Origin: Candidatus Anammoxibacter sp.
GTDB taxonomy: Bacteria > Planctomycetota > Brocadiia > Brocadiales > Anammoxibacteraceae
Reading direction: 5' to 3'
Assembly: GCA_021777055.1 (NCBI GenBank)
Contig: JAIQZO010000004.1
Coordinates: forward strand, 55,594 to 119,593
DNA: 64,000 bases
In this document: one piece after another, positions 9,655-19,677 of the stretch
How positions within the stretch are numbered: position 1 is the stretch's first letter
Layout: every line of letters starts with the position of its first letter
Made by a program: the position numbers and the translations under genes
The notes under the pieces: model-generated
What the model saw: only the letters and a program-made list of their open reading frames with translations
Database searches by the model: none
Told to the model about the DNA's origin: nothing

Positions 9655-10837
9655 TTGCCGAAATTATCAGTTTAATCTTATTAACAAATTCATTTGATTG
9701 GTTAGTAAAAATCTTTCTTTTTTCCTTAATGTAACTATATGGCCATTCTTTCAAAATGTTATCTTTAAAAATTTGATCGATTTTTTTTAGAAAAGCAGCT
9801 TGAGTTGTGTAATAAAATTCCAATAAATCAAAGGATCGCATCAAATCTTTCATTTTACTTTCTCCATCACTACTAGAATTACGGAGATCGATCCCAAAAA
9901 ATGGAGTCCCATTCGCAATACACGCTATACTTGGATGCATCAAGATAGAAACACAAATATCAAAGAAACCAAAGATAGAGAACCATTCTAAAGGATTAAA
10001 ATCCTCTTTTGAAAGATCGACATCTATAGCATCATTTGAGAAAGAAACCCCTACCGTTTGATATTCTCTTTGTTTAAAATATTTTATTAATTCATTTGTC
10101 TCTGAATTATTATAAGCAACAATACCCACTCTTGGTTTTGAGAAGTCTACCCCTAACTCTTCTAGTTTACATTTAATCTGGTTTTTATCAACAAGGCCTA
10201 AAACATCAATAGAGAATGCCGGATCGGGCACCAACTCTGCTTTTTGGGCAAGATCTTTATCCAACCATTCAAGAAAAGAAATTGTTCTTTGATCTCTTAC
10301 CCCTAACAAACTAAAATCTAAGAGATTTCTTGTCATCATTTTTTTATGCTTTTTAGGAATCAGAGTCCAATCAGTTTGCCCTACGCATGCAGCATATGCA
10401 ATCTTTGGCATTTTTATGCTCCTATCAGGCCAATATGCATTCGGAAAAGCTGGTGACCAAGGATATTTCTGATTATAAACAGGCCAAAACCATTTTTTAG
10501 AATGTGTATATTTAACCCGCCAAACTTCATCACTTCCAACAATAACGGCATTGTAATTATTTTTAATAATATACTTAAACGCCTTAACATGTGTATCTTC
10601 TATGAATCTCTGCGGACTTAAAGGTAAGGAATTATTAATGAAGTTGTCTAAAACTTTTTCTCTTTTATTTTTAGGCTCTCCATAAACTTTTATTTTAGAG
10701 ATATAATTATGGTCCACTATATCCACATCGCAGTTTGAGAGTTGTTCCGCTAAAAGCTTAGTAAGGCAAAAAGCTTGCAAAATTGCACCTTCATTAAATC
10801 CTGAATGAAGTGTTAAAACTCCAACCTTTTTCTTCAC
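9647..10837 (-). CDS. polysaccharide pyruvyl transferase family protein
   Basis: KVGVLTLHSGFNEGAILQAFCL, VVGSDEVWRV and GVRDQRTISFL resemble the CsaB/WcaK-type pyruvyl transferase family. Confidence 0.55.
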   Translation of the reverse strand: MKKKVGVLTLHSGFNEGAILQAFCLTKLLAEQLSNCDVDIVDHNYISKIKVYGEPKNKREKVLDNFINNSLPLSPQRFIEDTHVKAFKYIIKNNYNAVIVGSDEVWRVKYTHSKKWFWPVYNQKYPWSPAFPNAYWPDRSIKMPKIAYAACVGQTDWTLIPKKHKKMMTRNLLDFSLLGVRDQRTISFLEWLDKDLAQKAELVPDPAFSIDVLGLVDKNQIKCKLEELGVDFSKPRVGIVAYNNSETNELIKYFKQREYQTVGVSFSNDAIDVDLSKEDFNPLEWFSIFGFFDICVSILMHPSIACIANGTPFFGIDLRNSSSDGESKMKDLMRSFDLLEFYYTTQAAFLKKIDQIFKDNILKEWPYSYIKEKRKIFTNQSNEFVNKIKLIISANE

Positions 10838-11375
10838 AAAATGGCCTCCTAATCTTTTCTGTATTTATTAATAGACTCGCGGCCTATGTTGTTGTTATAT
10901 ATAGTTTATTGTGGTGTTTTATCACTGATTTGTTACCAAGCAAAATTTCGGTCCTATCCTATATAGCCAACAGACATCTCTATTCGTTAGCGAACACTAA
11001 GGAATTATCCAAAAATGCACGGAGTTTGTTTATCTACGAATAATTCTGCATATTCTTTTTCAGGATACCGATAGATACTATTCCATCTTCGCCACCCCAC
11101 AATAACCCCATCAAGCAAGTTTCGGTACGATCAGATATTAAAAGAGAGAAAGTAGATTATACCAACATATTTCTTACCAGAATCTTTAATTAGTAGACCG
11201 TTCAGCAAATGACATTGCTCTCCACCATCCCTTGCAGTAACCGTAAAAACACAAACATCAGAAGAAATATAACCAGCCCCATAACTGCGCGTTAAGACTT
11301 TATCTTCTTTGGGCATTTCTGGTTAAAATTAATTATGTTTTGTAACATTATTTTCAGAACGTACTAATTGCCAAA

Positions 11376-12611
11376 TCAACTAATTATTTGGCTAGGATTA
11401 TCGCTTAATTTCACACAATCCCATTTATGCGGCAAATAAATCGTCCCATTAACTTGATGTCCACCAACTATCTTAAGTTCACCGATTCTCTCTCTTTTGT
11501 CGTAAAAAACAAAACCATCAGAATGAGTAATCCCAGCATTCATAGAATATATGTTTGGTAAAAGATTAAAATTCTTAATGTCAATATCTACATATCCATC
11601 TTCAGCAAGAACACCTAATTGCAAGCCATCTACATCCCCGCGAATACCAGTCACTTGTGAATCACCTAATCCTGTAATGCCAACCTGAAAAGCAGGGTTT
11701 TCAACAGGTTTAGAGACTTTATAGTGAATGCGAAACTTTACATTATCGCCTACATTAAATTCATCTTGAACCATATTTAAACTATTTAAAACCTCAAAAC
11801 GTGAAATTTTTATTTCTCCAGTACCTATATTTACAGCCTTTGTTTCTTTCCCACTTGTCATCGAAGTTCTTAAAACATCAATTGCCGGAGAAACGTCACC
11901 ATCAAAGATCATCTTTCCTTTCTCTAGCACAATAGCACGGGGACAAAGAGTGCTAACAGTTTGCATATTATGTGTTACAAGAATTATAGCGACATCTTTT
12001 TGTACTAATTCTTGTATACGTTGACGACATTTAGACCGAAAGTCCATATCTCCAACAGCCAGAACTTCATCAACCAACAAGATATCGGGGTTCATATTTA
12101 TTGCTATGGCAAAACCTAATCGCACTTTCATTCCAGAACTATAACTCTGTACAGGAGTATCAATAAATTCTTCAATCCCTGAAAAATCAAGGATTTCATC
12201 AAATTTCTTATCAATACTTGACTTCGCAATTCCTAGCACCGCTGCATTTACATATATATTTTCCCGTCCTGTCAATATGGGGTTAAATCCTGCACCTAAA
12301 GCAATTAACGCTTGCATCCGTCCACGAATCTCTATGCTTCCGGTATCCGGTTTTATTAATCCATTTAACATGCGAAGTAAAGTCGTTTTCCCTGCACCAT
12401 TACCACCAATTAAACCTAACGACTCCCCACGTTCTACTTCAAATGAAATATCCCCATTTGCCCAAAATTCATTTTTTCGTAATTCTTTATGGTTATTATT
12501 TCTTCCAATCAGTTCAGACCCCATATCTTTCATGCCATACCAAAGTGAACGCTTTAGGCTATAGCAAAATTTCTTGCTTACATTTTTTACACTTATAATA
12601 GGGTCAGACAT
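11376..12611 (-). CDS. wzt: O-antigen/teichoic-type ABC exporter ATP-binding protein with C-terminal carbohydrate-binding domain (Wzt-like), intact copy
   Basis: Walker A GGNGAGKTT, signature YSSGMKVRL, Walker B ILLVDEVLAVGD. An approx 150-aa beta-rich C-terminal extension (KISRFEVLN..FRIHYKV..) is typical of Wzt_C. ATG at 12611 overlaps the wzm remnant stop by 1 nt; the track start at 12614 is TTG. Confidence 0.9.
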   Translation of the reverse strand: MSDPIISVKNVSKKFCYSLKRSLWYGMKDMGSELIGRNNNHKELRKNEFWANGDISFEVERGESLGLIGGNGAGKTTLLRMLNGLIKPDTGSIEIRGRMQALIALGAGFNPILTGRENIYVNAAVLGIAKSSIDKKFDEILDFSGIEEFIDTPVQSYSSGMKVRLGFAIAINMNPDILLVDEVLAVGDMDFRSKCRQRIQELVQKDVAIILVTHNMQTVSTLCPRAIVLEKGKMIFDGDVSPAIDVLRTSMTSGKETKAVNIGTGEIKISRFEVLNSLNMVQDEFNVGDNVKFRIHYKVSKPVENPAFQVGITGLGDSQVTGIRGDVDGLQLGVLAEDGYVDIDIKNFNLLPNIYSMNAGITHSDGFVFYDKRERIGELKIVGGHQVNGTIYLPHKWDCVKLSDNPSQIIS

Positions 12612-13093
12612 CAAGCACTCATCCTTTCTATAATTATGGGAAGGGTCAACTTAAATATAATCCAGGTCACAAACAGACCAAATAGTGATACACAACTTAC
12701 AACAAAAAACGGTTCGAAATTCGACAATACTCCTTTGGTAGCAAGATCCCTTGCACCAACAAGTATTGGACTTACAGGATGCCAGGTTGACAACAAAGAG
12801 TAAGGAAACGTTTTTAGCGCTGGATAAACAACCGTCGTAACAAAAAACCATAACCTTAAGACAGTTGTTAACCCTGTTCCAATATCTTTGTATAACGTTC
12901 CAATAGGAGTAAGAAACAAACCAATAGCCATCCCTAAAATTATTGATATTAGTAATGCAATTGGCAAATATAAAAGTCCCAATGTAACCTGAACCTTAAA
13001 AAATATAAAGATCCCGATTAGAATTACTATTTTTATTAAAAGATTAAAAACGACACCATAAAACGGGCTTACAATTAGCGCTTCACGTGGAAA
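12611..13093 (-). pseudogene. ABC-2 permease (Wzm-like) remnant lacking about the first 124 codons
   Basis: It aligns to residues approx 125-285 of the intact copy at 18518-19375 (FPREALIV..LTLPIIIERMSA). The frame is closed by TAA at 13094-13096 with no ATG. The upstream promoter-like region (approx 13110-13260) is still homologous to 19381-19500. Confidence 0.8.
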
Positions 13094-13327
13094 TTAGTAA
13101 CAGGCAAAGTTTTTGTATCAATTTTCTTATTATCGAAATCTATTTGTTTTTTTAAACTTTATATTAGAAATAAAACTGATCCTATATCTTAAGAATATAA
13201 TTCTCATTTTTTTGATTAATGTCAAAATCAGCCTTATAAGATCGTTAAAGAAAATACAGGAAGAAATTAAAACATATTTTCTTCATTTATACATAAAGGA
13301 AGTATAAATAAGTAAAACATGCTTTTT

Positions 13328-13390
13328 ATCAGTGTTGTCCGGTTAGAAATTTGCATCACACATATGCGTACTAACATTCACGCCTAAAAT
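13328..13390. repeat. 64-nt intergenic repeat, copy B
   Basis: atcagtgttgtccggttagaaatttgcatcacacatatgcgtactaacattcacgcctaaaat. It is the same orientation as the copy at 8576-8639. Confidence 0.7.
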
Positions 13391-13599
13391 GCCTAAATTG
13401 ATAGAAATTTATTATTAATAAAAAAACAACGCTATTAACTTTATGCGCTTTTTCACATCATAATGTTGCAAAATGTTCAGAAATATGAAACAATTTTACA
13501 CTACAAAAAGCTAACTGGACAATGCGGGCTTTTTATAAAAAATAAAACAATATTTTACGTAAACTGATAACCAAGCTACAGTACTACACTTAAACTGGA

Positions 13600-14392
13600 A
13601 AGATGCCTAATGTATGATATTTTTTCAGCAATTTAGAACTTTTAATTTATGCCCTCGCAGAGTATAACCAAAGATGATCTTGCCAGGAATAAAATAGCTT
13701 CCCGGATAGTAAAAAAAAATAGCTTCTTCTAATCTATCAATAATAGAAGGCTTGAACAGTTAACATTTGCCATTCAATGCCGCCAAGGCCATACTTCTAC
13801 TTTTATCAACCTAATATGCATTCCTTGGTAAACTCATCGTCATTGATGGATCATTAAGTGATGGTGTCTCTTTCATGTACTGGCAAGACTATAGAAACGG
13901 TTCTAAAAAAGCAAAGGTCCATTTTGGTTTTGACATTAACCACTCTATTCAATCTAAAATATTTTTAACTGATGGTAAATAAGATGAACGCTCATTTGTT
14001 CGCCAAATTCTCACCGCTGGTCAAACAGGAATCATGTACAGAGGCTACCAATATCATAAAGATTTTGATATTTGGCAACTTGAAGGAAAACATTTTGTAT
14101 GCAGAATCAAGAAATCGACAAATAAGTTCGTTATACAAGCCAATGCTATTGAAGCAGACTCCTCTATTTTCTATGACGCAAAAGAAATTGTCTATATCTA
14201 TAGGCCTCGTTGGAATATTGAAACATTCTTCGGCAGGTGGAAACGCCACCGCAAAGTTTATCACCTCATAGCAAAAGCACGATGCGGTCTCATGGTGTAA
14301 ATACTTGCCGGATTAATTACACACTTACGGATAGCCATCTATTGCCACAAGAATTTTAATAAAAACGTATCAATCAAAAGAGTCAGATAATT
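13600..14392 (+). mobile_element. second, different IS4-family transposase remnant (truncated and frameshifted)
   Basis: Frames read GKLIVIDGSLSDGVSFMYWQDYRNGSKKAKVHFGFDINH..IFLTDGK(stop)DERSFVRQILTAGQTGIMYRGYQYHKDFDIWQLEGKHFVCRIKKST and YRPRWNIETFFGRWKRHRKVYHLIAKARCGLMV(stop)ILAGLITHLRIAIYC. The second contains the Y-R-E (YxxRWxIE) signature of IS4 DDE transposases. No terminal repeats were recognised. Confidence 0.65.
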
Positions 14393-14736
14393 TAGCATAT
14401 TATGTGTTACAAGAATTATAACAACATCTTTTCGTACTAATTCTTGTATACACTGCCAACATTTAGACCAGAATCCATATCGCCGACAGCCAGAACTTCA
14501 TCAATCAACAAAATATCAGGGTTCATATTATTGATATGGCAAAACCTAATCTCACTTTCATCCCAGAACTATAACTCTGTGTAGGAGTATCAATAAATTT
14601 TTTAATCCCTGCAAAATCAAGTATTTCTTCAAACTTTCTTTCGATAGTTGATCTTGTAATTCCTAACACAGCAGCATTTGCATAGATATTTTCCCTCCCT
14701 GTCAAGATTGGATAGAACCCGGCCCTTAAAGCAATT
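14393..14736 (-). pseudogene. internal fragment of a third wzt copy
   Basis: Nucleotide alignment to 11961-12306 of the intact wzt. It encodes TGRENIYANAAVLGI..SYSSGMKVRLGFAI and then frameshifts. One side abuts the IS remnant and the other is cut approx 50 nt before the sulfotransferase stop. Confidence 0.8.
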
Positions 14737-14789
14737 TTATGACGCTGACTTTCGGACTCATTTATATCATCTGCTATTGTAATTCTATA

Positions 14790-15650
14790 TTACTCGTTAG
14801 TGTAAAGATCTATACCAAACGAAGAAACAATATCAGAAATAGTGCGGACCTCATCTTTATTAAGCTCAGACTTCCAGCCTTGTAAGTTTCTCCCCTCAAT
14901 CAAATAATTTCTATCTTTATTTGTAGAAACGTCTGTTGGCTTAGAGATTTTATCGCTTATTCCACAAGGCATCTTTAGGCCGAGTAATGTAAATACTCTT
15001 TCTAATTCTTCTCTCTTTGTGACTAAATTTTCGTATTTACAAAATATAGCTTCCTCATTTTCTAGCTGTTTAAGCGGAATCATGTTTTCAATACTCCACA
15101 TAATTGCATGCTTTTCGATATCTTTCTTGCAACCTCTTATTAAACCTTCAAAAGGATAAAGATAATCTTCCATTAACTCTTGCTGGTCCAAAAACGTATC
15201 AAGATGCGTTTCCCATTTCTTTTTCATCCTAGATAAGACAACAGCACAAGGATGGCGAGTAGTAAAGATTATAGGGTTTTTAAATCTCTTCTTAAGATAC
15301 CCTAAAAATAGATTTGCCCGAATTTCCTTTACAATAATTCTCCATGTAACATTTCTTCTATTTTCCGATAATATCCATTTGTTTCTGATTTTTCCTAGTA
15401 AAACATCTTCGATTGTTTTATCTAGACGATGTTCCTTACTATCTGGTCTAATATAAGGCCGCAAAGACGATGTATTTATTTGTGGAACATATTTGTAATT
15501 AAACGGCTCAAAAAGTGATAAAAAACCAGAACAACTTCCAATGATATTCCCTAACCAGGTAGTGCCGCTCCGACCAGACCCGGTAACTAATATAGTATCA
15601 CTAGGTTTATAAAATGGATTAAAAAAAACTGGTTGCATTATTTGATTCAC
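14790..15650 (-). CDS. PAPS-dependent sulfotransferase
   Basis: 5'-phosphosulfate-binding loop LVTGSGRSGTTWLGN and 3'-phosphate motif IIFTTRHPCAVVLS. Confidence 0.75.
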   Translation of the reverse strand: MNQIMQPVFFNPFYKPSDTILVTGSGRSGTTWLGNIIGSCSGFLSLFEPFNYKYVPQINTSSLRPYIRPDSKEHRLDKTIEDVLLGKIRNKWILSENRRNVTWRIIVKEIRANLFLGYLKKRFKNPIIFTTRHPCAVVLSRMKKKWETHLDTFLDQQELMEDYLYPFEGLIRGCKKDIEKHAIMWSIENMIPLKQLENEEAIFCKYENLVTKREELERVFTLLGLKMPCGISDKISKPTDVSTNKDRNYLIEGRNLQGWKSELNKDEVRTISDIVSSFGIDLYTNE

Positions 15651-15861
15651 TCACTTTATATATAAAATGTATATCTTAATGATTCATATAGAAATATTCC
15701 ATAATCCCAAAGGGCTTGTTTTGCTATGCAAATAAAATATTATTCTACCCTTGCCAACGATGCGCAGTTTATTAATCACCATTGTAAACTTCTGGCTTAC
15801 TTGTCTATGAATTACCCAGAATAGTCTAAATATTTTTTTTAACATCAATTATAATTTTCGA

Positions 15862-16944
15862 TCACCCTCTTCCAGAAAGACTTGCCATAATCTTCTTACA
15901 TAATTTCTTAATAGGCCATTGTGGTCGCCAATAAAAACTTTCTTTTAGAATTTTAATTGAGAAACTAATATCCCCCTTTAGAGATACATCTCTTTGCCAT
16001 GAAAAATAGTGCATTGCAATATCTTCCCTTATTTCAGAATAATCCTTTCTTGTAAATTTAATTTTACTATTTTTAAACCCTCTATATGCATCTTTTATAA
16101 TTTTTATAACCCTATTTGGGTTTTCAATTAAATAATATTTATGTTTCCAAAAATGAAATAAATCTTTAATATCATTAATAGACAAATTTGCACCACTAAT
16201 TAATTCCGATAATAACTCTAGAGAACTCTGATAACTAAACACTCGCTGTTCTTCTCTTTTTGTATTTGTGATATTAGAGTCGCGAACCCTATATTTCATT
16301 AGAACTTCAGGCAACATATACACCTTTGCCATCCTACTTATTCTTGTAAAAAGTTCGTAATCATGACTATAAGTAAAATCTGTATTATATCCAGCTAACT
16401 TATCGATTATTTTTTTACGATACATTACTAGACTATGTCCACCAATAGAGTTATAAAAAGCTAATTTCCACGCTATAAATGCTGAATTGTTCTTTCTTAT
16501 TTTAATATAACCAATATGATTTCCCTTACAATCCATTCCTGCATAATTACCACTTACCAAACCTATGTCTAAATTTTCATCTAAAACCTGTACCTGTCTT
16601 TCAAAACGCTCAGGTAACGCAATATCATCAGAATCTAGCACTGCAATATAACTACCTTTTGCTTTTTCAATAGCATAATTCCTTGCGTTTGCAGGACCAC
16701 TATTTTTGATAAAAAAACCATGTATCTTGTTTGAATACTTTTCACAAAATTTATTTATTATCTCTGGAGTACTGTCACTAGACCCATCATCGACAATTAA
16801 TAATTCCCAATCCGTAAAAGTCTGCCCAACAACACTTTCTATTGATTCTTGTATATACTTCTCAGTATTGTATGCAGCCATAATAACACTGACTTTAGGA
16901 TCTTTCATGCTGTTGCTATTTTGTTGTATTTCTCTACTTATCAT
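15862..16944 (-). CDS. family 2 glycosyltransferase
   Basis: VSVIMAAYNTEKYIQESIESVVGQTFTDWELLIVDDGSSDST and LDSDD motifs. Confidence 0.85.
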   Translation of the reverse strand: MISREIQQNSNSMKDPKVSVIMAAYNTEKYIQESIESVVGQTFTDWELLIVDDGSSDSTPEIINKFCEKYSNKIHGFFIKNSGPANARNYAIEKAKGSYIAVLDSDDIALPERFERQVQVLDENLDIGLVSGNYAGMDCKGNHIGYIKIRKNNSAFIAWKLAFYNSIGGHSLVMYRKKIIDKLAGYNTDFTYSHDYELFTRISRMAKVYMLPEVLMKYRVRDSNITNTKREEQRVFSYQSSLELLSELISGANLSINDIKDLFHFWKHKYYLIENPNRVIKIIKDAYRGFKNSKIKFTRKDYSEIREDIAMHYFSWQRDVSLKGDISFSIKILKESFYWRPQWPIKKLCKKIMASLSGRG

Positions 16945-17339
16945 TCCAAAGAGTCAACAATACAAGTAGTTTTTATTGTTTTCTCACAAAAGATTCATCT
17001 GTGTATCATTTTGTAAAACATAGACTTACACCTTAACAACCAAAACATAACTAAATGATCTTCCCAAATTTCCACACATTCACTTTTCTAGCGTATGTTT
17101 ATTAGGAACGACACCGTGCCGGTGACGTAACTTATGGTATATCAACACGTTAAGCATTACCCATTTTTACACACGTTGTAACTTGTTGTTATATAAATGT
17201 TTGCATAATTTAGTATAACATATAATGGAAGTGACAACAAGGGTACTGTAATCAGTCTATAGACATTTTCTTGGTATAAGTTTTTTACAATAAAAACTTA
17301 ACTCTCGCAAACAAGTTTTTCGTAATAAACTCACGCTAG

Positions 17340-18170
17340 ACATTACAAACTTGATCTAAAATGGACTGTAATTTATGAATATGTTTATCAATGTTAAAGT
17401 AATTCATAATTTTCCATTGGATCCTAGTTCAATAGCAAATCCATGGGAATCTAAAAGAATTTCCATATGTTAATGTTAACTCATTAAACGTACATCATGC
17501 TCTTCACACAGAAGCCCTATATTCTTATGTATGATAATATCTGGTATACCAACATGATAAGTAGATATTACCGGTAAACCTGCTGAACTATAGCCTTTAA
17601 TATAACCACTGATGTTCCTTCCATATTTCCATCATCCGCAGTAATTGAGTGTTGAATGAAGTCTAAAGATTTTGATAAATGTTCTTTAAACTCATTAGGA
17701 CTAATAACCCCTGAAAATATAACATTTTTATCAATCTTTAAATGTTTAACCAAGTTTTTGCATTTGTTTAATAAAGTTCCATCTCCAACCATCAAGAGTT
17801 TTGCATTGGGAAATTTTTTAAGCGCAGCATTTAAAGCAAGAATCGTGCAATGAGCAGCCTTTTTATCAGTGAATCGCCCAACAAGAAACAAATTGCACTT
17901 TATTACCATGTGGTTTGATGGACGAAAAGATGGGATTGTGGCCATAAGTATTATAAATAATTTTATTTCTTGGGCAACCCAGTTCAGTTAGCATCTTTTC
18001 CATTCTTTTCGATACGGCAATTATCTTATAACGTTTCCGAAAGGTATTTTTATAAAAATAGTTCCTTCCAATCACTTTCTTTTACTGACATCATAATCCA
18101 TGAAAGTGAGTTACAAATGGTATCTTTATTGACTCACATAATTTATATACCCGATTAGCCGTCGGTCCAT
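17340..18170 (-). pseudogene. GT4 (GT-B fold) glycosyltransferase remnant, N-terminally truncated and frameshifted
   Basis: Fragments lie in three frames: IPFVTHFHG..KIIAVSKRMEKMLTELGCPRNKIIYNTYG; FLVGRFTDKKA..NAKLLMVGDGTLL..VIFSGVISPNEF..DFIQHSITADDGNMEGTSVVILKA; AGLPVISTYHVGIPDIIIHKNIGLLCEEHD. Confidence 0.7.
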
Positions 18171-18180
18171 ATTGAACTAT

Positions 18181-18518
18181 ATTGGATTGAACCCAGCACC
18201 TAAAGCAATTAACGCTTGCATCCGCCCACGAAGCTCAACACGTCCAGAATTCCGGCTTTATTAATCCGTTTATCATGCGCAGTAAGGTCGTTTTCCATAC
18301 ACCATTACCGCCAATTAAGCCTAAGGACTCCACCACGTTCTACTTCAAATGAAATATCCGTATTTGCCCAAAATTCATTTTTCCGTAATTCTTTATGGCT
18401 ATTATTTATCTCCAATCAGTTCAACCCTCATATCTTTCATACCATACCAAAGTGAGCGTTTCAGGCTATAACAAAATTTCTTACTTACATTTTTTACACT
18501 TATAATAGGGGCAGACAT
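18181..18518 (-). pseudogene. wzt N-terminal remnant with a destroyed Walker A motif
   Basis: It aligns to 12276-12611 of the intact wzt. The Walker A codons read GGNGVWKTT instead of GGNGAGKTT, with frameshifts. The homology is cut at approx 18181, where the GT4 remnant begins. Confidence 0.8.
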
Positions 18519-19375
18519 TAAGCACTCATCCTTTCTATAATTATAGGGAGTGTCAACTTAAATATAACCCAGGCAAAAAACAAACCAAATATTGATACAC
18601 AACTTACAATAACAAAAGGTTCGAAGTTCGACAATACTCCTCTGGTCGCAAGATCTCTAGTACCAACAAGTATTGGACTTACGGGATTCCAGGTTGACAA
18701 CAAAGAGTAAGGAAACGTTTTTATCGCTGGATAAACAACCGGCGTAACAAAAAACCATAACCTTAAAATAATTGTTATCCCCGTCCCAATATCTTTGTAT
18801 AACGTTCCAATAGGTGTGAGAAACAAACCTATAGCCATTCCTAAGATTATTAACATTAGTAATGCTATTGGTAAGTATAAAAGACCAAACGTAACCTGAA
18901 CCTTAAAATATAAGAAAATCCCGATTAGAATTACTATTTTTATTAAGAGATTAAAAACAACATCATAAAACGCACATACAATTAGCGCTTCACGAGGAAA
19001 GTTGATTTTTGCTAATAATGGTTTCGCACTTGTTGTACATCTTATGGGGGCATTAATACTATCCACAAACACCTGCCAGATAGTTGTGCCAAGCAAAACA
19101 AAAACAGGATACGGAACATCTGTTTCGCCAAGGTTTATTACTTTCTTTGATTGTAAAATAATAAAAATCAGACCTGTAACTATAGGGGGTAAAAATGCCC
19201 AGAATATGCCAAGTACACTTTGGCGATATCGTGCAGAAACATCACGTACAAATAGTCTCCACGCTAATTCACGGGAAGACTTAAGATCTTTCAACATTAG
19301 CAAAATAAGCTTTAACGGTGAACGCATCTGAGACTCTGGCCCATAACTAATAACAGGTGAATTTTTAGTATCCAT
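18518..19375 (-). CDS. wzm: ABC-2 type polysaccharide exporter permease (Wzm-like), intact copy
   Basis: 285 aa with about six hydrophobic segments. ARYRQSVLGIFWAFLPP is the ABC-2 N-terminal signature. Confidence 0.85.
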   Translation of the reverse strand: MDTKNSPVISYGPESQMRSPLKLILLMLKDLKSSRELAWRLFVRDVSARYRQSVLGIFWAFLPPIVTGLIFIILQSKKVINLGETDVPYPVFVLLGTTIWQVFVDSINAPIRCTTSAKPLLAKINFPREALIVCAFYDVVFNLLIKIVILIGIFLYFKVQVTFGLLYLPIALLMLIILGMAIGLFLTPIGTLYKDIGTGITIILRLWFFVTPVVYPAIKTFPYSLLSTWNPVSPILVGTRDLATRGVLSNFEPFVIVSCVSIFGLFFAWVIFKLTLPIIIERMSA

Positions 19376-19677
19376 TTTTCCTCTAAAAGTTTTTGATTAT
19401 TAATTTAAACTTTATATTGAAAGAAGCAAAATTATCATATATTTTCAGTATATAATTTTCATTTTTTGATTAACGTCAAGACTTGCCTTATAATACCCTA
19501 AAAGCAAGTGCGGGAATAACATTGTCATTTACTGACACATAAAAACATTTTTATCAACAACTGTCAAAACTGAGCTACTTGTTCAGCCTTTTATTTGGGC
19601 AATGAATTGTTCATGTCTTAAAAAATCTAGAATATTTTCTTTTTTTCGTTTATAGCCAAGAGTATATAAACCTAACA

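Noticed and set aside
11131-11316. 61-aa ORF in the 540-nt gap between the pyruvyl transferase and wzt, considered as a possible gene remnant.
   Set aside because: No recognisable motif appears in any frame. It could be a decayed gene, but I cannot support a family assignment by eye.
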